Shown here: piece after piece, positions 61,743 to 64,000 of the stretch | Layout: every line of letters begins with the position of its first letter | Position numbering within the stretch: the stretch's first letter is position 1 | NCBI GenBank assembly: GCA_963664405.1 | Contig: OY761158.1 | Location: 3,776,001-3,840,000 of the forward strand | Length of the DNA: 64,000 nucleotides | Direction: 5' to 3' | Source of the DNA: Thermoanaerobaculia bacterium | Lineage (GTDB): Bacteria; Acidobacteriota; Thermoanaerobaculia; Multivoradales; Multivoraceae | The notes under the pieces: model-generated | Database searches by the model: none | Seen by the model: the letters and a program-made list of their open reading frames with translations, nothing else | Told to the model about the DNA's origin: nothing | Program-made: the position numbers and the translations under genes

Positions 61743-61816
61743 TGGGACGTCGTCTAACGGTAGGACATACGGCTCTGGACCGTAGAATCGGGGTTCAAAT
61801 CCCTGCGTCCCAGCCA
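61743..61816 (+). tRNA. tRNA-Gln(CUG)
   Basis: TGGGACG/CGTCCCA stem, tacgg-ctCTGga-ccgta, GTTCAAATC, CCA. Confidence 0.95.
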
Positions 61817-62172
61817 ACCCCAGCTTTCAGGGCCCTGAGCTGGATCGTACGCTGAACCGGTGACGCCTTTTTCGCGCCAGTGCGCCTCGGTGAAGCTGAC
61901 GACCGTGGCCTGAAAATCGCGCAGGAGCCGATCACTTCTTCTTCGCGCTCGCGTCCTGGAATCTCGACTTGCGGTACGCCGTAGGCGAAGTGCCGGCCCA
62001 GCGACGGAATGCCGTTGTGAACGACGAGAGCTGGCGCGAGCACCGGGATCACCAGAATGCGGCTCAAACGGCGCTCGCGCAAGCAGAGTCCCTCGCCCAG
62101 CTTACAGTGTCGATTCTCGAGCCTGCCGCGTCTCGCCCCTTCGAGCCGGGCATGTGCTCTTATGATTAGTTG

Positions 62173-64000
62173 ATGGGGTATCGCCGCACTCTGGCCTTCT
62201 CCGCAATAGCCGCGGTAGCCATGCTCCTCGTCATCTACGTTTCCCGCGATCTGCCACGGCGCTGGCTCGAGACTTATGCCTCGCGCCTTCTCAATGCCGA
62301 GGTCCACATCACCAGGCTCGAGGTCCACCGCCTCGGCGACATTCGCCTCCACGGCATGCGCGTCAGGTCGCTGGTCGAGTGGCCGCAGATCGAAGCCATC
62401 GAGATTGGAGTGGCAACGGTGCACTTCGAGCCGCGTCGCCTCTTTGAGGGCGATGTCCAGAGTCTGATTCTCGATCGACTCCGAGTCGATCTGACATCAC
62501 CGTGCGACTCTCCGACATTCCCTCGGCGGCAACCCTTCGAGGGCCACATCGGCGAGCTCGTGGTGCGAGGAGGTGTAGTGCACCTGTCGTCTTCCGAGCT
62601 GGCCTCCGAGGTCGAGTTTGAAGCTCGGCTCACCGATGTCAGCGCGCAAAGTGCTCGGGGAGAGATCACTCTGGCAGCAGGGCTGCTCGGTCAGAGCGAT
62701 TTGACGAGGCTTCTGTCGGCATCGGCTGTCTGCGTTGACGACACCGCCGCGGGGCAGCTCGACGCGCTGACGCTACGAGATGCCAGGTCACGAGTCCTCT
62801 TCGACTTGGCAGCCGGTGTTGCCGAAGCCGAAGTCGAAGCGGTTGCCCTGACGGCCGAGATGTTTGACGTCGAGATCGAACTTGCGGCGCCACGATTGCG
62901 GCTGCGTACCAAGTCGGGCGGTGAGACCGCCTTCGATGACTACTTCGGCGGGACGGGCGATCTCACCATCGATCGGCTGCGAGTGAGTCGAGGTGGCCGC
63001 GAAGTGATCGGCTCGGCGACTCGTCTCGAGCTCGAGCTCGAGACGGGGGCAGAAGGTGGCCCTACTCTGCAAGCTCGCTCCGCCCTTTCACCGCTAGGGA
63101 CTGTCGAAGTCTCGGCGAGTTGGCCGCCGAGCTCCTCGCTTCCCGAGTTTCTTTCTGTCGACATCGGGGAGCTCGATGTCGGACTCTGGGGCGCACTCCT
63201 TCCTGTCGATCTGGGGTTGAGCGACCTTCAAGGACGGGCGGAGCTTCATCTGGAAGGGCCCATCGACGAGCTCGACTACGCCTTGGAGGTTCATCTTGAC
63301 GATGCCGCATGGCAGCGGGCTGATGTGCGTGTCGATATAGCGGCCGGGCACATCCTTCACAACGGCCGCTTCTCCAACACATCGCTGAGTGGGCCGCTCG
63401 AGGTCGAGCTTGTGGTCGAAGAGCTCTCCGGCAGCGGCGAGGTCGTGATTCCGGCGGCCTTGCTACCTCTGTCCGCGACGCTGGCCGGAGAGGCTGCCCT
63501 CGGCGCGGAGTCGACTATTACGGGCTTGGTGACACTGCCCTCCTCTCGATTGGGCTCGGGCTCGGTGGCCGGGCGCGTTTCCTTCGCCGGCGAAGAAGTC
63601 CAGGGGGACTTGCGCTGGGATTGGCGCATCGTTGATACCGGACCCCTTCTGACGGAGCTTCCTTTCTCGATCCCGGGCTGGCTCGACGGCTCCATAGCTG
63701 CCAGTGGACACCTTCGAGGCCCTCTCTTTGACCCTCGCCTCACGGCCGTGATCGAGCTGTCGGAGGGTGGGTGGACCGACGACGCTCTCACCCCCTGGCG
63801 ATGGCGGGGGGCTCCGCACTTCGTTGTGGTGCGCGACCAGGGCTCCTCGCAGGTCTCTCTTCGCCTCGAGGAGAGCACTGGCGTGGTTCGCCTGGTTCCA
63901 GGCGGTCGTGAGCTCGCCTATGAGCTGGCGGGGCGAGGTCGCTTAGGGCTTGACAGCCGAGCCTTCGAGGTCGACGAGGTCGAGGTCCATCTCGCCGAGC
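62173..64000 (+). CDS. large exported beta-rich protein, AsmA/TamB/YdbH-like (runs off window)
   Basis: ATG 62173, N-terminal TM (LAFSAIAAVAMLLVIYV); frame open at the points checked up to the window end; amphipathic beta-strand pattern; not in the ORF track, presumably because it has no stop. Confidence 0.65.
   Translation, partial: MGYRRTLAFSAIAAVAMLLVIYVSRDLPRRWLETYASRLLNAEVHITRLEVHRLGDIRLHGMRVRSLVEWPQIEAIEIGVATVHFEPRRLFEGDVQSLILDRLRVDLTSPCDSPTFPRRQPFEGHIGELVVRGGVVHLSSSELASEVEFEARLTDVSAQSARGEITLAAGLLGQSDLTRLLSASAVCVDDTAAGQLDALTLRDARSRVLFDLAAGVAEAEVEAVALTAEMFDVEIELAAPRLRLRTKSGGETAFDDYFGGTGDLTIDRLRVSRGGREVIGSATRLELELETGAEGGPTLQARSALSPLGTVEVSASWPPSSSLPEFLSVDIGELDVGLWGALLPVDLGLSDLQGRAELHLEGPIDELDYALEVHLDDAAWQRADVRVDIAAGHILHNGRFSNTSLSGPLEVELVVEELSGSGEVVIPAALLPLSATLAGEAALGAESTITGLVTLPSSRLGSGSVAGRVSFAGEEVQGDLRWDWRIVDTGPLLTELPFSIPGWLDGSIAASGHLRGPLFDPRLTAVIELSEGGWTDDALTPWRWRGAPHFVVVRDQGSSQVSLRLEESTGVVRLVPGGRELAYELAGRGRLGLDSRAFEVDEVEVHLAE

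Overview
GC-rich bacterial chromosome segment. Gene content (ricT-hfq pair, IPTL-CTERM remnant, secreted protein with an 'LCL..RF.V...W/FWFF...N.E..VK.LD.C' domain) suggests Acidobacteriota, possibly Thermoanaerobaculia; this is an inference. The left core (1-18.8 kb) holds sufBCDSU, a B12-radical SAM gene, ricT, hfq, a surface-glycan cluster, serS and tRNA-Ser(UGA). A ~25 kb accessory region (18.8-43.9 kb) follows. Its first part is a decayed integrative mobilizable element bounded by a 63-bp tRNA-Ser duplication (18791-18853 / 35249-35311), carrying int, xis, mobC/relaxase/repA remnants, an AbiE TA pair, an integron-type cassette, a tandem dimer of a 478-bp non-coding TIR element (one copy hit by IS256), mocR/purC-like genes, AAA ATPases and a 2OG-Fe(II) oxygenase. 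Next comes an older degenerate att and a nest of IS3 elements. These are split at the same SDRGSQ|Y motif by IS30, and at the YN motif by a compact 2.6-kb large-serine-recombinase element whose palindromic attP can be reconstructed. The right core (43.9-64 kb) holds phoBR with a pstS relic, an MFS gene, DUF3604 plus a heme/Cu monooxygenase-like gene, msrA-ECF-antisigma-msrB with a shared promoter motif, tkt, tRNA-Ser(GCU), gltX, tRNA-Gln(CUG) and a large AsmA/TamB-like ORF running off the end. No CRISPR array or rRNA was seen. All calls are by eye; no database searches were run.
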